Assembly (NCBI GenBank): GCA_951406725.2
Contig: OX597816.1
Location: forward strand, 175,088,001 to 175,152,000
DNA: 64,000 nucleotides
Direction of reading: 5' to 3'
Origin: Octopus vulgaris
Lineage: Eukaryota
Made by a program: the position numbers and the translations under genes. A model generated the notes under the pieces. That model saw only the letters and a program-made list of their open reading frames with translations. It was not told where the DNA came from and did not search any database. This document shows, piece after piece, positions 23,272-36,634 of the stretch. Every line of letters starts with the position of its first letter. The stretch's first letter is position 1.

Positions 23272-25300
23272 GGTACTCTGTCAAATTTTAATATTCCTAG
23301 ATACTTATAACCTACCCCTTCCTTCAGTGATTTTAATGTCTGGCCATCTGGTAACTGGGTGCCTTTGCTGTTGACTACCTGTCCCTTTTTTATGGCTAAT
23401 ATTGCACATCCATCTATGCCAAATTCCAAACCTGTATCTCTGTTGAAGAGTCTTACAGTTTATATTAAGGAATCCATCTACTTTAGATTCTTACTAAAAA
23501 GCTTCAGATCATCCATGTAGATCAAATGATTAAATTTTCCTTTACTATCTCTAAACTGACACCCTGCCTTTGCCTTACTTAATACTAAACTGGGGTGGGG
23601 ATTAAACATAACACAAACATTAAAGTGAATAATAACTCTCCCTCAAAATTCCTCTCTTGATATTAACTTTCCCTAAGATCGTGTCACCTGAGCAGAGATC
23701 TACTTTCCATCTCTTCATGCTCAATCAAATTAATTCTCTTATGTTGTCTGCAATACTGAATATTCTAAAACATTCACTTATTCATAAGCTTTCTTATAAC
23801 CTGTCCATGCTATTGTTAAATTTTTCTTTCTAGATCTCACTTCTTTTAGAACTGCTTTGTCTATATATAATACATCATATTTCCTCTAGCTGTCTTCTTA
23901 CAACCTTTCTGTTCTGGCAGTAAATTCTGGCTGTCAAAGTGCTCATAAATGCTTTCTGAGAGCATTCCTGTTGACAGCTTTCACACTAATGGTAATGACT
24001 GTGTGGTAAGTAGCTTGCTAACCAACCACATGGTTCTGGGTTCAGTCCCACTGCGTGGCATCTTGGGCAAGTGTCTTCTGCTATAGCCCCGGGCCGACCA
24101 ATGCTTTGTGAGTGGATTTGGTAGACGGAAACTGAAAGAAGCCTGTTGTATATATGTATATATGTATATATATATATATATGTATGTGTGTTTGTGTGTC
24201 TGTGTTTGTTCCCCTAGCATTGTTTGACAACCGATGCTGGTGTGTTTACGTCCCCGTCACTTAGCCGTTCGGCAAAAAGAGACCGATAGAATAAGTACTG
24301 GGCTTACAAAAAGAATATGTCCCGGGGTCGAGTTGCTCGACTTTAATAGGTGCTCCAGCATGGCCGCAGTCAAATGACTGAAACAAGTAAAAGAGTAAAG
24401 TGATTGGTCTCTAATTACTAGCTGTATTACCTTTGCTATTGACTTTCATAAGGAGTACTGTCCTCTCTCTAGTCATCCAATCTGGTATTATTCCTCCATT
24501 AAGGCAATCCTGATGTTGTTCCCTCAGCCTCCCATACAAGCTACTAAATTTCTCATATGCTACTAGTACCTTTGAACTAAATCTAATCCTACGTCTTCCA
24601 ATTCAGCATTTTTCTTTACACTTTATTCATTAATGCACTAATTAGTCATAGATTTGGCTACTTCTCACTGACTATTTCTTTCCTCACTTTCTTTAACCAT
24701 ACTGTATCTTCATTATGATTCACTGGCTTATCCCAAATATCACTCCAAAACTTTCTAGCTTCTTCTGCATTAGGCTTCTCATCTTCAGTATTTCTTCTGC
24801 TTTATTTATTTGGCTATAAAATTCCCTCTGGTCTGTCTCAAATAATTTATTCTTTTGATACTGATCTATTCTTTTCTGATACTGGGAAAGCTTGCCTGCT
24901 ATTTCTATGATTCGCTGTTTCAGTTCTTCCATGATTATCCCAAATCCTTTCTCTTTAGATAAGTATTTTTCTCAAGAGATTTAAATCTTGTGTTTCCTAG
25001 CTTGTCCTGTTTTCAGGCTCCTATTCTGCTCAGGTCTTGTCTTAAAGTCTGCACTGTATTTTCTAATCTCCATTTCCACATCTGCTCCTTCTTATTCTTT
25101 ATTTGAAGTATACCTAATCTGCTCGTAACTACTATCAATCCTTCATAAATCAATAAGTTAGTGTCACCTATACTTTTAGTGTCTATCCTACAGATACAGA
25201 ACCTACTTTCCTAGTAATATCTAGTAACTTCCTTTTAATGCTGGAATTTTTTTCTTTTTTACTCATTATTTATTTCAACTCAATACACCTTTATTTCTAA
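23272..25300 (-). mobile_element. Decayed Dong/R4-type LINE RT region, interrupted by a SINE
   Basis: INHLIYMDDLKLF, MEFGIDGCA and YKYLGI motifs; many stops. Confidence 0.7.
23995..24400 (+). mobile_element. SINE family A
   Basis: Matches the family A sequence; nested in a LINE. Confidence 0.85.
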
Positions 25301-25379
25301 CTGGCACTAGCAAGGTTTCCTTACTTTGGGATAGGTGTCTCAGTACGTGCCCAAGTTCAATATGAATGCATGCTTCCAC

Positions 25380-26645
25380 ACTTATTAGTTCCCCCCTCCT
25401 CCATTTTCTCTCTTCATGTATAGACAATCAGTGTCTGCATATGGATGAGGGATTCCATGGCTTCATGCATTGTTAGCTTCCTGTTCGACTCTTCTAAGTC
25501 ATCTTCTGTCCACTTCAAGATTCCAACACCATACCAAACTATTGTGATTGTGTGCAAGTTTATTGCTGAAATGTTTCTGGCATTCAGCTTTGAAACTGAT
25601 ATTTTTCTCACTCGCTGCAGATATTCTTTCTTTGTCTTTTCTTCCATATCATTGTGTTTATTTCGTCTGCCTCAAGTATTCCTAGGTATTTATATCCAGA
25701 TTCAGATTCAATTACCCTCATTGTTTCACCACGTGGCATACGTATGCCATCTGTCCTCACAGGCTTTCATTGTCTCATCCCCATCAAAGCACATTTTGAA
25801 AGTCCAATCTCCATCTTGATATTGTTCAAGAAAATCCACACAGAATGAATATGACTGTCCAGTTCTGCCTCATTTTTTGTGAACAACTTTGTTATCTATG
25901 AATAGCAGGAGGTTGAGTTTTCCCTTAATGCTTCCTAGATCATGTCCTCAACTTTATCTTCTGCAGTATTTCATTCAAGGGGATCATTCTCAGCACAAAG
26001 ATCAGTGGGCATACACTGTCACACTGGAAAATTCCTCTCTTGATTTTCACCTCTCCTAAAATGTGATTACCTGCTGCCAATTCAGTTCTCCAACATTTCA
26101 TACTGTTCCATATAAGGCATTTCATATTTTCTGCTACTTCATACATTTCCATAGTTCTTGTTATCCAAGAGTGTGGTATCATATCATGTGTTTTCTTGTA
26201 CAGTTTCTGATAATTAGTTTATGAATTAACAGCTGATTCTTTTATTCCCTGGCTCCTCTTTCAGCACTGTTTCTGTTCAATAAGTAGCAGCCTACTTCTT
26301 TCTAAGTATCAATACAGTTCACCAGCCAAGACACCTGATAGTAGTTTCCCCATTAGCAGAAGACACACTGTTTGTTGAAAGTTGGATACAATATAACCCT
26401 TTTCAGGATCCTTGCAACATAACAATGCCTGTCCCTCATCCAGCTGTCACACTGTCTTTTCATGTAGCCCTCTCAGCTTCTTCATCCAATAACCCTTGAC
26501 ACCAAGTCCTGAGCTCTTCCAATTTGGGATTTTCCTTTACTGTCTTTTTATCATTTCTGTAGTTATTTTTATGTCGTCTTGACCTTATGTATTTCTTAAC
26601 CTATTTTGGATTTCATGCAGCTACTCCACTTTATCATTATGCTTT
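25380..26645 (-). mobile_element. Second decayed Dong/R4-type LINE RT fragment
   Basis: IPHSWI, IKRGIFQCDSVCPLIF, EYLQRVRKI..SKLNARN. Confidence 0.7.
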
Positions 26646-26659
26646 ACAGGTAGAGTAGC

Positions 26660-27590
26660 ATATATCATCAAAGTGACATTAGGGTACAAATATACAAAGC
26701 CCAATATACCCATCATGACTACCTGTCTGATAAGGACACACCAGGCACATGCATCATAGCCATATGTGTTTGACATGCTGACCTCATATCAAGATAAACA
26801 ATACATGACTTTGCAAGTGGGGCCAGTTAGGATTTTCTGCAGATCAAATAACTGATCCCAGTCAAAAAGTCCCTGAATAAGGATTATTTAAGGATGATAA
26901 ATGAAGCTCCCATGTTTCCAGAAGTGAATTATTCAAGCCAGAAAGAGCTATGATGCTCCCCCACTACTCCCACTCATGATCAATGATGCAAATATCGTCA
27001 GCCACTAAGGGACATGCTCAACCAGTTATATCAAGATAAACAGTACATGACCTTGATTCGTTTAAGTATGATAAACAAAAATACCTATGTTTCCAGAAGT
27101 GAATTATTCAAACTGCAAAGAATTCCTCTCAAAACATGACTATGATGTTCCCCAACTACTTCTGCTCATGATCAGAGATGCACATATTGTTGGCCACAAA
27201 GGGACACACTCAACTGGTTAAGGTCAAGCAAATCTGCAGCATTGAGCAGAATATTTGCTGTAGCCCAAGACAAAACAATGTACATGATCACACTGCCAAT
27301 CAGTTAAAATCAAAAGCCATGAGAGTCCTGTGCCTGGTACTGTATCAAGGCATTTATTATTATCATTATTATAATTGAGTGAGAGAGAAGTGCATGCCAT
27401 CAAAGTAACACTGGAGTAAGAAGCCCAATATACCCACCATGACTACCCGTCTGATAAGAGTACACCAAGCACATGCATTAAAACCATATGTGTGTGACAT
27501 GCTGACCTCATATCAAAGTAAACAACACATGACCTTGCAGGTAGTGCCCAGTCAGAATTCTCTTCAAGTTGAGTAGCCCATTCTGCTCAA
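26660..27590. repeat. Cluster of diverged direct repeats of an unclassified interspersed repeat
   Basis: aagcccaatatacccatcatgactacc...catgaccttgcag at about 26697 and 27421; gtttccagaagtgaattattcaa...gggacatgctcaac at about 26914 and 27089. Confidence 0.6.
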
Positions 27591-27627
27591 AAAAATAACA
27601 TAAGTATTATATATATATATATACATA

Positions 27628-27950
<323 letters not shown>

Positions 27951-28053
27951 TATAGTTATTTTTTTGAAGTCTGTTGAGTTGATAGACTTGCACTTAAAAG
28001 TACTGCGTTTTTAATCAAAAATTGTTAGTTACTATGGTGACAATATCACCACC

Positions 28054-28054
<1 letters not shown>

Positions 28055-28125
<71 letters not shown>
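28055..28125. repeat. (TATC)n microsatellite
   Basis: Direct observation. Confidence 0.95.
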
Positions 28126-28126
<1 letters not shown>

Positions 28127-28399
28127 AACTTTTCACACACACATACTCTCTCTGCCCCCTCTCTCTCTTATTGTATTTCTCTCTCAAACACAACTTTTCT
28201 CCACCACTTCTAAATATACGGTGTGACAGTGGTTATCTCCCCTTTTGATTCCTGCCCTTCTTCCCTCCCTTTAATAGATGTGCCAGACAGGTAGATGGAC
28301 AGCTCCTCTTTTATGTCGTCGTCGTCGTCGTCATCATTATTATTCAGTATCTTTAATAAATTTTAACTCAATAACTATTTAGCAATATTTAACACTCAC

Positions 28400-28581
28400 C
28401 CTTTAGTATAAAATTCGTTATTTTCCAAGTAGTTGTAACGAATCAGATCCTTGGGATGTAGATCTGCTCTTTTCCATGGTTTTTGCCCATTTTTGGAAAG
28501 TGATTTTTTTGTTTTGAGTAATTCTTTTTGTTTTTTCTCCAAGTTAAATTTTTCTAATTCTTGATCGAGAGTTACAAGTTC
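28400..28581 (-). CDS. FBXO16: FBXO16-like exon (ELVTLDQELEKF...KPWKRADLHPKDLIRYNYLENNEFYTKG)
   Basis: ttttag acceptor and GTGAGT donor. PWKRADLHPKDLIRYNYLEN matches the recalled vertebrate FBXO16 motif PWRSSDKHPTDIIRFNYLDN. Confidence 0.88.
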
Positions 28582-30362
28582 CTAAAAGATAAGGAATAAT
28601 AAAATAAAAGAAGAGAAAAGAAAACCATACAAAATTTCCATCAAAGTAATTACTGATTTCTTACAGTAGAGAAGGAACCCAATTGATTGACATGATTCCA
28701 GTATGTTTTTGGCAGTATTTTATCTCCAAAGAGATGAAGAGCAAAGTTAACTCTGACACAGAAGTAATTACTAATATGTTTTTTTATATTTATGCTTTTT
28801 GGAGTTTTGAGAACAGAGGCTGTAGAAGAATGAGTTCAGTAGGATCCACTAGATGAGCAATGTTTTAAAAGAAAAATGGAGAACAGGTAAGATGGGACAG
28901 TGGAAAAGTAGTAAAGGCTAACATCTGCTTGGTGCAAAAGTGTTGCATGCTTAAAGAAGAATGTACCCATTGAAAGGCAGACCGATAACAATATGCAAAG
29001 GAGAGGTAGATTAGATCTGAAAATGTGCTATCTCAGAGTTAACATAATGCAGGATCAAGATATGTCCAATCGCAGATCCATCAAATCCCGACTATCAAGG
29101 TAACATGATAATAATATTGACAATGATAAAAGCTTAGAATTTATATTGTTTTATACCTAACAACAAATGGCAGCTCTGTATAATTGATTAGGATTTTGTT
29201 AATTTGAAGAAATGGGTTTCAATCCTATGCTGGTTCACACAAGAAAAACTGAACAACATTGGAAACACTGACCAGTGCACAAGTTCAAAATACAGTAGAT
29301 ATGAAATGAATATACTTGTTGTTATCCATACAACATATTTCATTACTTCTAGACACATTGTACACAATAGTGATATATCAGAGCTCTACTATAACTACAC
29401 ACAAAAATAGCTGCAATATAAATTATCTCTGTAGGTTTCAAACTTTGTCAATCACCTATAAAAAAAAATCTTGAATCAAACCCATTTTTTGACTAATCAA
29501 AGCTTTATTACTTCCACTGTAATCACCAGTAAAACATCCAGACCTACCTAAAAGATTAGATGGCAAACTAGATGTAAGACTGCCTCAAACACAGCCAAAT
29601 ATTGCATGATAGAGGATGTTACATTTTTTTCTAATGATTGCTCATGAAATCGTTGTCGTCATCATCTTCATCATCATCTTCATCATCATCAAACGTATGA
29701 TTTCCATGGTGGCAAGGGTTAGATGGTTTGACAGGAGCTGGTCAACTGGAGAGCTGTCCAGGCTCCAATTGTCTGTATTGGCATGGTTTCTATGACTGGA
29801 TGCATTTCCTAATGCCAACCACTTTGCAGTTGCCTTTTTAGGTGCCACCATCATGGGCGTGTTTAAGTTGCACTGACATGAATGCATTTTACATGGTACC
29901 AACACAAGTACATCTTATGCGATACTAGCATGAATATATTTTATGCGGCACTAGCTCTTGCAAGACAAAGATCTCTCAGCTGGGAGGAGTGGGGCATGGC
30001 CATAAAGAACATATCTGTATGTGGGATGGCCATGATTTTACTTAGCTTGACATGTCTTCTCAAGTACGGCAAATTGTTACAAGTTCCAGTCCCTTGTCAT
30101 CTCTTCAGCATCTCAAAATCCTTTCTCACCACTTCATCCCACATCATCCTGGGTCTACTACTTTCACAGGTTCCCATGATATTCCAAATTTCTAACTTAA
30201 GCTACAAATTTTTAGTGAATGGTATAGTCAAGTAAATTAACTCAGTTCTTGATTGATGCTTTTTTAATTGGCCTCAGAATGATGAGAAGCAAAGTCAACC
30301 CTAGCTCCCCAAGAACAACAAAAGAAACTACTTCAAATAAAAACAGATATAAAAAGACATAC

Positions 30363-30527
30363 TTTTGTATTGAATAATCTTAGACTCTGGATTTTATCAA
30401 CATAAAGTCTTTTCCATGAAGAACATTCAAATGGACTTGGTAACTGAGGTAAATACCACCCAAAGCGTACGCACTTAGGCAGCCATAACTGGTCCATCTC
30501 ACATAGTTGATTCCAAAACCAGCAAAC
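30363..30527 (-). CDS. FBXO16: FBXO16-like exon, F-box C-terminal half (VCWFWNQLCEMDQLWLPKCVRFGWYLPQLPSPFECSSWKRLYVDKIQSLRLFNTK)
   Basis: AG/GT ends, 165 nt, phase 0-0. Matches recalled FBXO16 VCWHWKNLAELDQLWMLKCLRFNWY...PTPFEQGIWKKHY. Confidence 0.92.
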
Positions 30528-30864
30528 CTAGTAAAAAATCAAGAGTTACATAATATTAAAAGGAAGAAAATGCTATTAAGTTACATCATTACCAGCTTTC
30601 ATATTTTAATCCATTCTATTTCATATAAGAGGAGGATTTACTGTTAGCATTGAATCCCAAACCAATAAAGAAGCCTCTTCATGTTTACTCATGCGTCATA
30701 TAGTCCATTTTTTTATGTGGTTCTCAACTACATCATTGAATCCCATAACAAATTCTAATTCCCTGTGATAACTACTTTCTGCCCACCCCTTTAAATTCAT
30801 TAATTTCTTCTTTACATTTGGGTTCCATTCCAATACCACAGTTGATTTTATAAGTGATCAATGC

Positions 30865-30905
<41 letters not shown>

Positions 30906-31321
30906 TAATGTTTTTAGCATTAAACACAAAGTTGATCATGGACTTTCATGTTTATAAATTTGTTACTTTGGTTAACGCTGTCATAATATTTGTGCTGAGA
31001 TAATGAATGGGTAAAAAAATAACTATTATTTAACTGATAACTCAAAATTTCAAATGCCTTTATAATCATAAAAAGATCAATATATATATATATATATATA
31101 TATATTTATCTTACATTATTACACTATTTTTTGTTTAGAAATCCAAAACTAAATGTAAATAATACATTTTAACATAATCATAAAGAAATGCACAATATAG
31201 TCTACAAGAAGGCTGTTAGAAAAATGCAATTGCTACAAGAAAAATGTCATGTCTATTTCATGTTTTTAAGAAAAGTTCAGTCAATTCTGTGGATACAGAA
31301 AATGTACATGTGCATATGCAT

Positions 31322-31364
<43 letters not shown>

Positions 31365-31368
31365 CACA

Positions 31369-33343
31369 CACTGGCGAAAATAAATTTAAGACCGGTGATA
31401 AAAGTTCTATTTCTTACAAAATACTTTGTTACAAACACCATATAAATTATTTTTATCTTTTACACCTTATGCAGAATTTATTTCTCTTTTGAATGATGCA
31501 GACAATAACTATTTTTATACAACTTGAAGAATTTTAATGCTAAATTAATTTAAACATTTCAAATTTACCGGCAAAATTAGTTTAAGACCGTATCATCATA
31601 ATTTTATTTAAAGTTTAAGATTGTAGGAAAAATGAACAACAAGAACGAAATACATATTAGTACTTTGTGCCATAGCCTTTATTCTTAACTAGCAGTATCG
31701 CCCGGCGTTGCTCAGGTTTGTAAGGGAAATAACTATAAAGCATTTTTAGAGAGTTATAGCCAAAAAATAGCAAAAAAATGGAAAAAAAATGATGGTAAAT
31801 TTTTTTTGAGATTTAAAAAAGGTGGAGTTGCGTCCCCTAGACGGTCTGTGGTTTGGGTTTCTGATTCTCGACCCCATGTCGAATTTATCGATTTTTTCAG
31901 AACTGGGGGAACTTTTCAAAATTTTCGCTGCGTTAGTTTTGAATTATGACATTGGGCTATGTGTGTGTCAAGTTTCATCAGAATCGGTTGAAAGCCGTGG
32001 TCAGAGTGAGGGTATGAGAAAACAGACACACAGAAAACGCACAGACAAACTGCCGTTTATATAGAGAGAGATAACTGCTGAACAAAGCCTCGGTATTGAA
32101 TTCGCTAAGTGATTACAAAATTCTATGGGAATGTTTTGCCATATTTCATTGATATAATTGAATAATTGTTTTAGATTAGATGGTTTTTTTAGCATGGACT
32201 TTTTGGAAACATAATTCCACAAGTTCTCAATTGGATTCAAGTCCGGGCTCTGGGGAGGCCATTCGATTACGTCAATATTATGGTGATCAAAAAATTCCAT
32301 AACCCTCTTGGCGTTGTGCACAGGACTATTGTCCTGCTGATAAATAGCCCCCAGAGGCATTTGGTGAGTTAAATATGGCACAACATTATCCTTTAGTAGA
32401 TTCATATAACCTACACTATTTAGCTTTCCATCAACTTTAACTAGAAGGCCAACACCAAAGCTACTAAATGTTGCCCACATCATCACGCCCCTACCATCCA
32501 CTTGCAGCGTCTTTTTCAAGCATTTTGGATGGAATTCCTCCGTTGGGCGACATCTGATGTATGTTTTACCATCTGATCCAAATATACAGAAGCGTGACTC
32601 ATCACTTCAAAGGAACCTGCATCAATCTTCAGCAGTCCATTGGGCATGGCTTTTTGCGAAATTAAGGCATTTGAGTTGACTTCTTTTGGATATTATTGGC
32701 TTTTTCCTAAAGATTCATCCATGTAGTCCAAATTCCCTCAAACGGTTGCAGACGGTTTGTGGTGTAAAAACAACACCATTCTCATTGGACAATTGTTTAC
32801 AAATGTCAACAGCTGTCAGCATTCAGTTGCCTTCCGAAAGTCTGTGGATTCGACAGTCCAACTGCACCGTCATTTTTCTTGGGGCACTAGTCCTTTGCTG
32901 ATCTTTATATTGACCAGTCTCTGAGTATAACTTCCACGCTTGCACACTTTTGCTGGTGGAGTAATACGATTTTTGCTCTCATGACTGGACTGAGGCTACA
33001 TTGTTTTCCCATTATTAATCAATTGTATAACAATGTTAAATTATAACACTATATAGTGCAGTTAGGCTTGTTGTGTGACCACCCATTTTGGCAAAAAAAT
33101 TTGCATACATATAACATGGTCTTAAACTAATTTTGTCGGTAAATTTGAAACCTTTATATTAATTTAGCATTAGAATTCTTCAAGTAGTATAAAAACAGTT
33201 ATTGTCTGCAACAATCGAAAGAGAAATAAATTCTGCATATTTTGTTACTAAAATGAAACAAAATATTTTGTTACTAAAAAGAAACAAAATATTTTGTAAG
33301 GAATGGAACTTTTATCATCGGTCTTAAATTTATTTTTGCCCCA

Positions 33344-33348
<5 letters not shown>
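31369..33348 (-). mobile_element. Tc1-like DD34E transposon with long (~220 bp) IR/DR termini, decayed
   Basis: cactgg..aaaataaatttaagaccg at both ends with inner repeat aaaattagtttaagacc; QQDNSPVH-(34)-WPPQSPDLNPIE; C-terminus AVIKNKGYGTKY* restored by removing the Helitron. Confidence 0.9.
31689..32071 (-). mobile_element. Non-autonomous Helitron
   Basis: 5' TC, 3' GC-rich hairpin (gagcaacgccgggcg) then CTAG; inserted between A and T with no TSD, inside the Tc1 ORF. Confidence 0.88.
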
Positions 33349-33432
<84 letters not shown>

Positions 33433-33474
33433 CATATATATACACACACACATATATATATATACATGTATATA

Positions 33475-34035
33475 AATTAGAGAAGAACCACCATGTAGCA
33501 ATTCAACAATGATATACTTAAATCATACCATATGGAAAAAAATTAAAGTTACGATAAAACATTTACCTAGAACTAAATAAAGTACGAAATAATAAATAAA
33601 TAGTATATAATTAGTAAATAGACTACATGTGTTTTGTGGCTATATTTACAAATTGATAATAAAATCAATTCAATTTGAATATAGTCACTCATCAAGTCTA
33701 AGATAAAAACAATAAAATAATTAAATGTACGTATATTATCTTATAAGAAAAGATAAATATATATAAAAATACGTAATTTTTAAATAAAAAACTGAACAAA
33801 ATTCAACAATATATCTTAAAATAAAAACGTGAAATATCTTATTGAATATATTCTGTTAACTAAATCATTAAACTTAATGTGTAGGACTTAGTATTTATAA
33901 TAAATTTATCTCGTTAAAAACTTGGTGTAAATAAAACTATAAATAGATAGAAATATTTATTTTATCTATGAAAATATATTTTAGCTTATAGAAGAAAAGA
34001 TAACAAACTATAGTATATCATTACTGGAAAATTAA
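33475..34035 (-). mobile_element. ORF-less hammerhead-bearing element (copy of 5450-6020)
   Basis: Colinear reverse-complement similarity. Confidence 0.65.
33619..33700 (-). ncRNA. Decayed hammerhead motif, same family as 5787-5871
   Basis: tagac-TTGATGA-long stem II-AAAAC-acat-GTA-gtcta, with two core substitutions. Confidence 0.7.
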
Positions 34036-34314
34036 AATACAAGTAATTAAAACAATGGTGCAGTGGAATCATAGGAGATTAACAACAAAAGCAGAATTTC
34101 TATGTGGCAGATACACTGGAGCAATAGTGATATGATAAATAGTAAGAGATTATGCTTTCATGGCTCACAGTAACAGTAGATAGGAGAGTGACAAAGGGAT
34201 TAAAGTTGTGGGGTTAAAGATTGTGTGAAGAGAGTGCATGACAGGGATACCAGCAAGGGTGGTAAGGTCATTGGTATTAGTAATAAGAGCATATAGGAAT
34301 AGACACTCTGAAAT

Positions 34315-34880
34315 GTGCAGAAGGATTCCTAGAAGTAGTAGATAGTTTCTGTTATCTAGGTAACCTAATTAGCAGTGGTGGAAAATGTTCTGAAAGTAGA
34401 GTAGCCAGAGTAAGAATGGGGTAGAAAAGTTCAGAGATCTGTTACCTCTGTTGACAAGAAAACATTTCACTTTCAGGGTGAAAGGCAGACTACGATGCTT
34501 GTGTAGGAATTGCAATGGTAGTGAGACATGGGGCTCTGAATGTGGAAGACCTGCTAAGACTAGAAAGAAACGAAGCAAGCATGCTCTGGTGTATATGCAA
34601 CATCAGTGTGCATGATCAATTACAAATATATTGAGAGAATAGCTGGGTATAAGAAAAACCAGATGTAGTGTACAAGAAAGAAGACTGTATTAGTTTGGAC
34701 ATATGATTCATATGATTAAGGATAGTTGTATAAAGAAGTGTTAATCACTCACATTAGATGAAACCTGTGGAAGAGAAAAACCTAGAAAGATGTGGAATGA
34801 GGTGGTGAAGGCTGATCTCTGGATGCTGGAACTCATGACAGTGATGAAAAACACCAAGATGTTATGACAGAGGCTTGCAA
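34315..34880 (+). mobile_element. Decayed RTE LINE 3' fragment
   Basis: Similar to 37520-38080 (LEVVDSF.YLG...GRPRKTW). Another lies on minus at about 44115-44640. Confidence 0.65.
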
Positions 34881-35031
34881 AGTATAATGTATATATGCAC
34901 ACTATGTATTCAACTTTGTCCCTGCCAAGTCTATTAAACTTTCTTCTAACTCTTCTTCCACCACCCAGACAATTGGGTCCTACACCTGAGCAGCCACTTT
35001 CTGCTGACACCTATTCCTCATTACTAATACC

Positions 35032-35262
35032 TATTTCTTTATTACCCACAAAGGGCTAAACATAGAGGGGACAAACAAGGACAGACATAGGTATTAAGTC
35101 GATTACATCGATCCCAGTGTGGAACTGGTACTTAATTTATCGACCCCGAAAGGATGAAAGGCAAAGTAAACCTCGGCGGAATTTGAACTCACAGCGTAAC
35201 GACAGGCGAAATACCGCTAAGCATTTCTCCCGACGTTCTAATGACTCTGCCAGCTCGCCGCC
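35032..35262 (-). mobile_element. SINE family C (Deu/Nin-domain-like)
   Basis: ggcggcgagctggcag head; tttgcctttcatcctttcggggtcgataaattaagtaccag; TSD-like attactaatacc on both sides. Confidence 0.8.
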
Positions 35263-36634
35263 TTATTACTAATACCAATGACCTTACCACCCTTGCTGGT
35301 ATCCCTGTCATGCACTCTCTTCACACAATCTTTAACCCCACAACTTTAATCCCTTTGTCACTCTCCTATCTACTGTTACTGTGAGCCATGAAAGCATAAT
35401 CTCTTACTATTTATCATATCACTATTGCTGTACTGTTAGTCACTGCTCCATCTCTTCTGTGCTCCTCCCAAACAGCATCCATTCTTCACCCCTGTTAATG
35501 ATTCACAACATTCATGCCCTCTATATATTTAACCACCTTCACCAGATATTTTTATCCATCTCCCACTATCCTTCCACAATCTTGCAACCCTACCCACCAC
35601 CCTCCCTGATTTTTTTGTATCTACACTCTCTCTTACACATGAATCTTTCCTGTTTGGCCATCAATTTTCAGTCTCTTTAATTTCTATTTGAATTGATTTC
35701 ATATTCGGTGTAATGATATAGTTTTATATGCTAATCAATGCTTTGAAATTCATTTTCACCATAAATCAATAAATAAAGAGTTAATAGCTTTTAAAGTTTG
35801 CAATTTTTGGGCAATTTTAGTCTGTCATAAGCTACAGACACATTCATGCCTGTTTCCATAGTAACAAGCCAAGCATGTCTGTGAGAAAGCATGTGTTGAC
35901 AAATATATGCTATTCATTGAAGTGGTGGTGAGATATACTAAAATTAACAGCTAAATAGACATTAAATCATACACACACACACAAAATTTTTGGCTTTGGT
36001 TTTTGCATAATTGTATGAATTCCCATGTGTAGAATACAAATTTGCAAAATATTTTCTGAAAATTTCAAAATATAAAAAAGTTTATGAGGCATTATATGGC
36101 GTGTGTAAAGCAGAATTCTGCCAGTATTTCATTCGTTTACAGCTGACATGTGCTGTCATGCACAAAATGACAGCTTCCAAATCCCGTTTTCTGACTGGGT
36201 GAAAATTATCAAACTTTAAACCTCTATAACTTTTTTTTAAAATTTTCTGGCAAAAGCGAAATACCTCCTGAGATTCAGCTTGGAAAACTACATTAATGTA
36301 TCAAATTTTTAACTTTTCAATAAACTTCAAATTTTTAAAAATTGGCAGCCAAACTGAAGATCCCTATACATTGCTTGGATATGTTACTATGACAGTATAT
36401 TCTGGCATCTTGCCATCACTGTATTTACCTGTTTGAGCTACACTCAAACCTCCATCATCTAACCTTATAAAGAGTGGTGTAGCCATGAATCTCTTCCAAA
36501 AGAATAAACCTGTTCCTGCTCCCTAATCATACTTTAACCCCTCAGCACATTGCTAAAAATGATCACCCTATCTCTTCTCTCCCCCCTCAGTTAACAGAGG
36601 CCCTTCAGTCTTGCAAGTTACAAGGTAACCTAAT

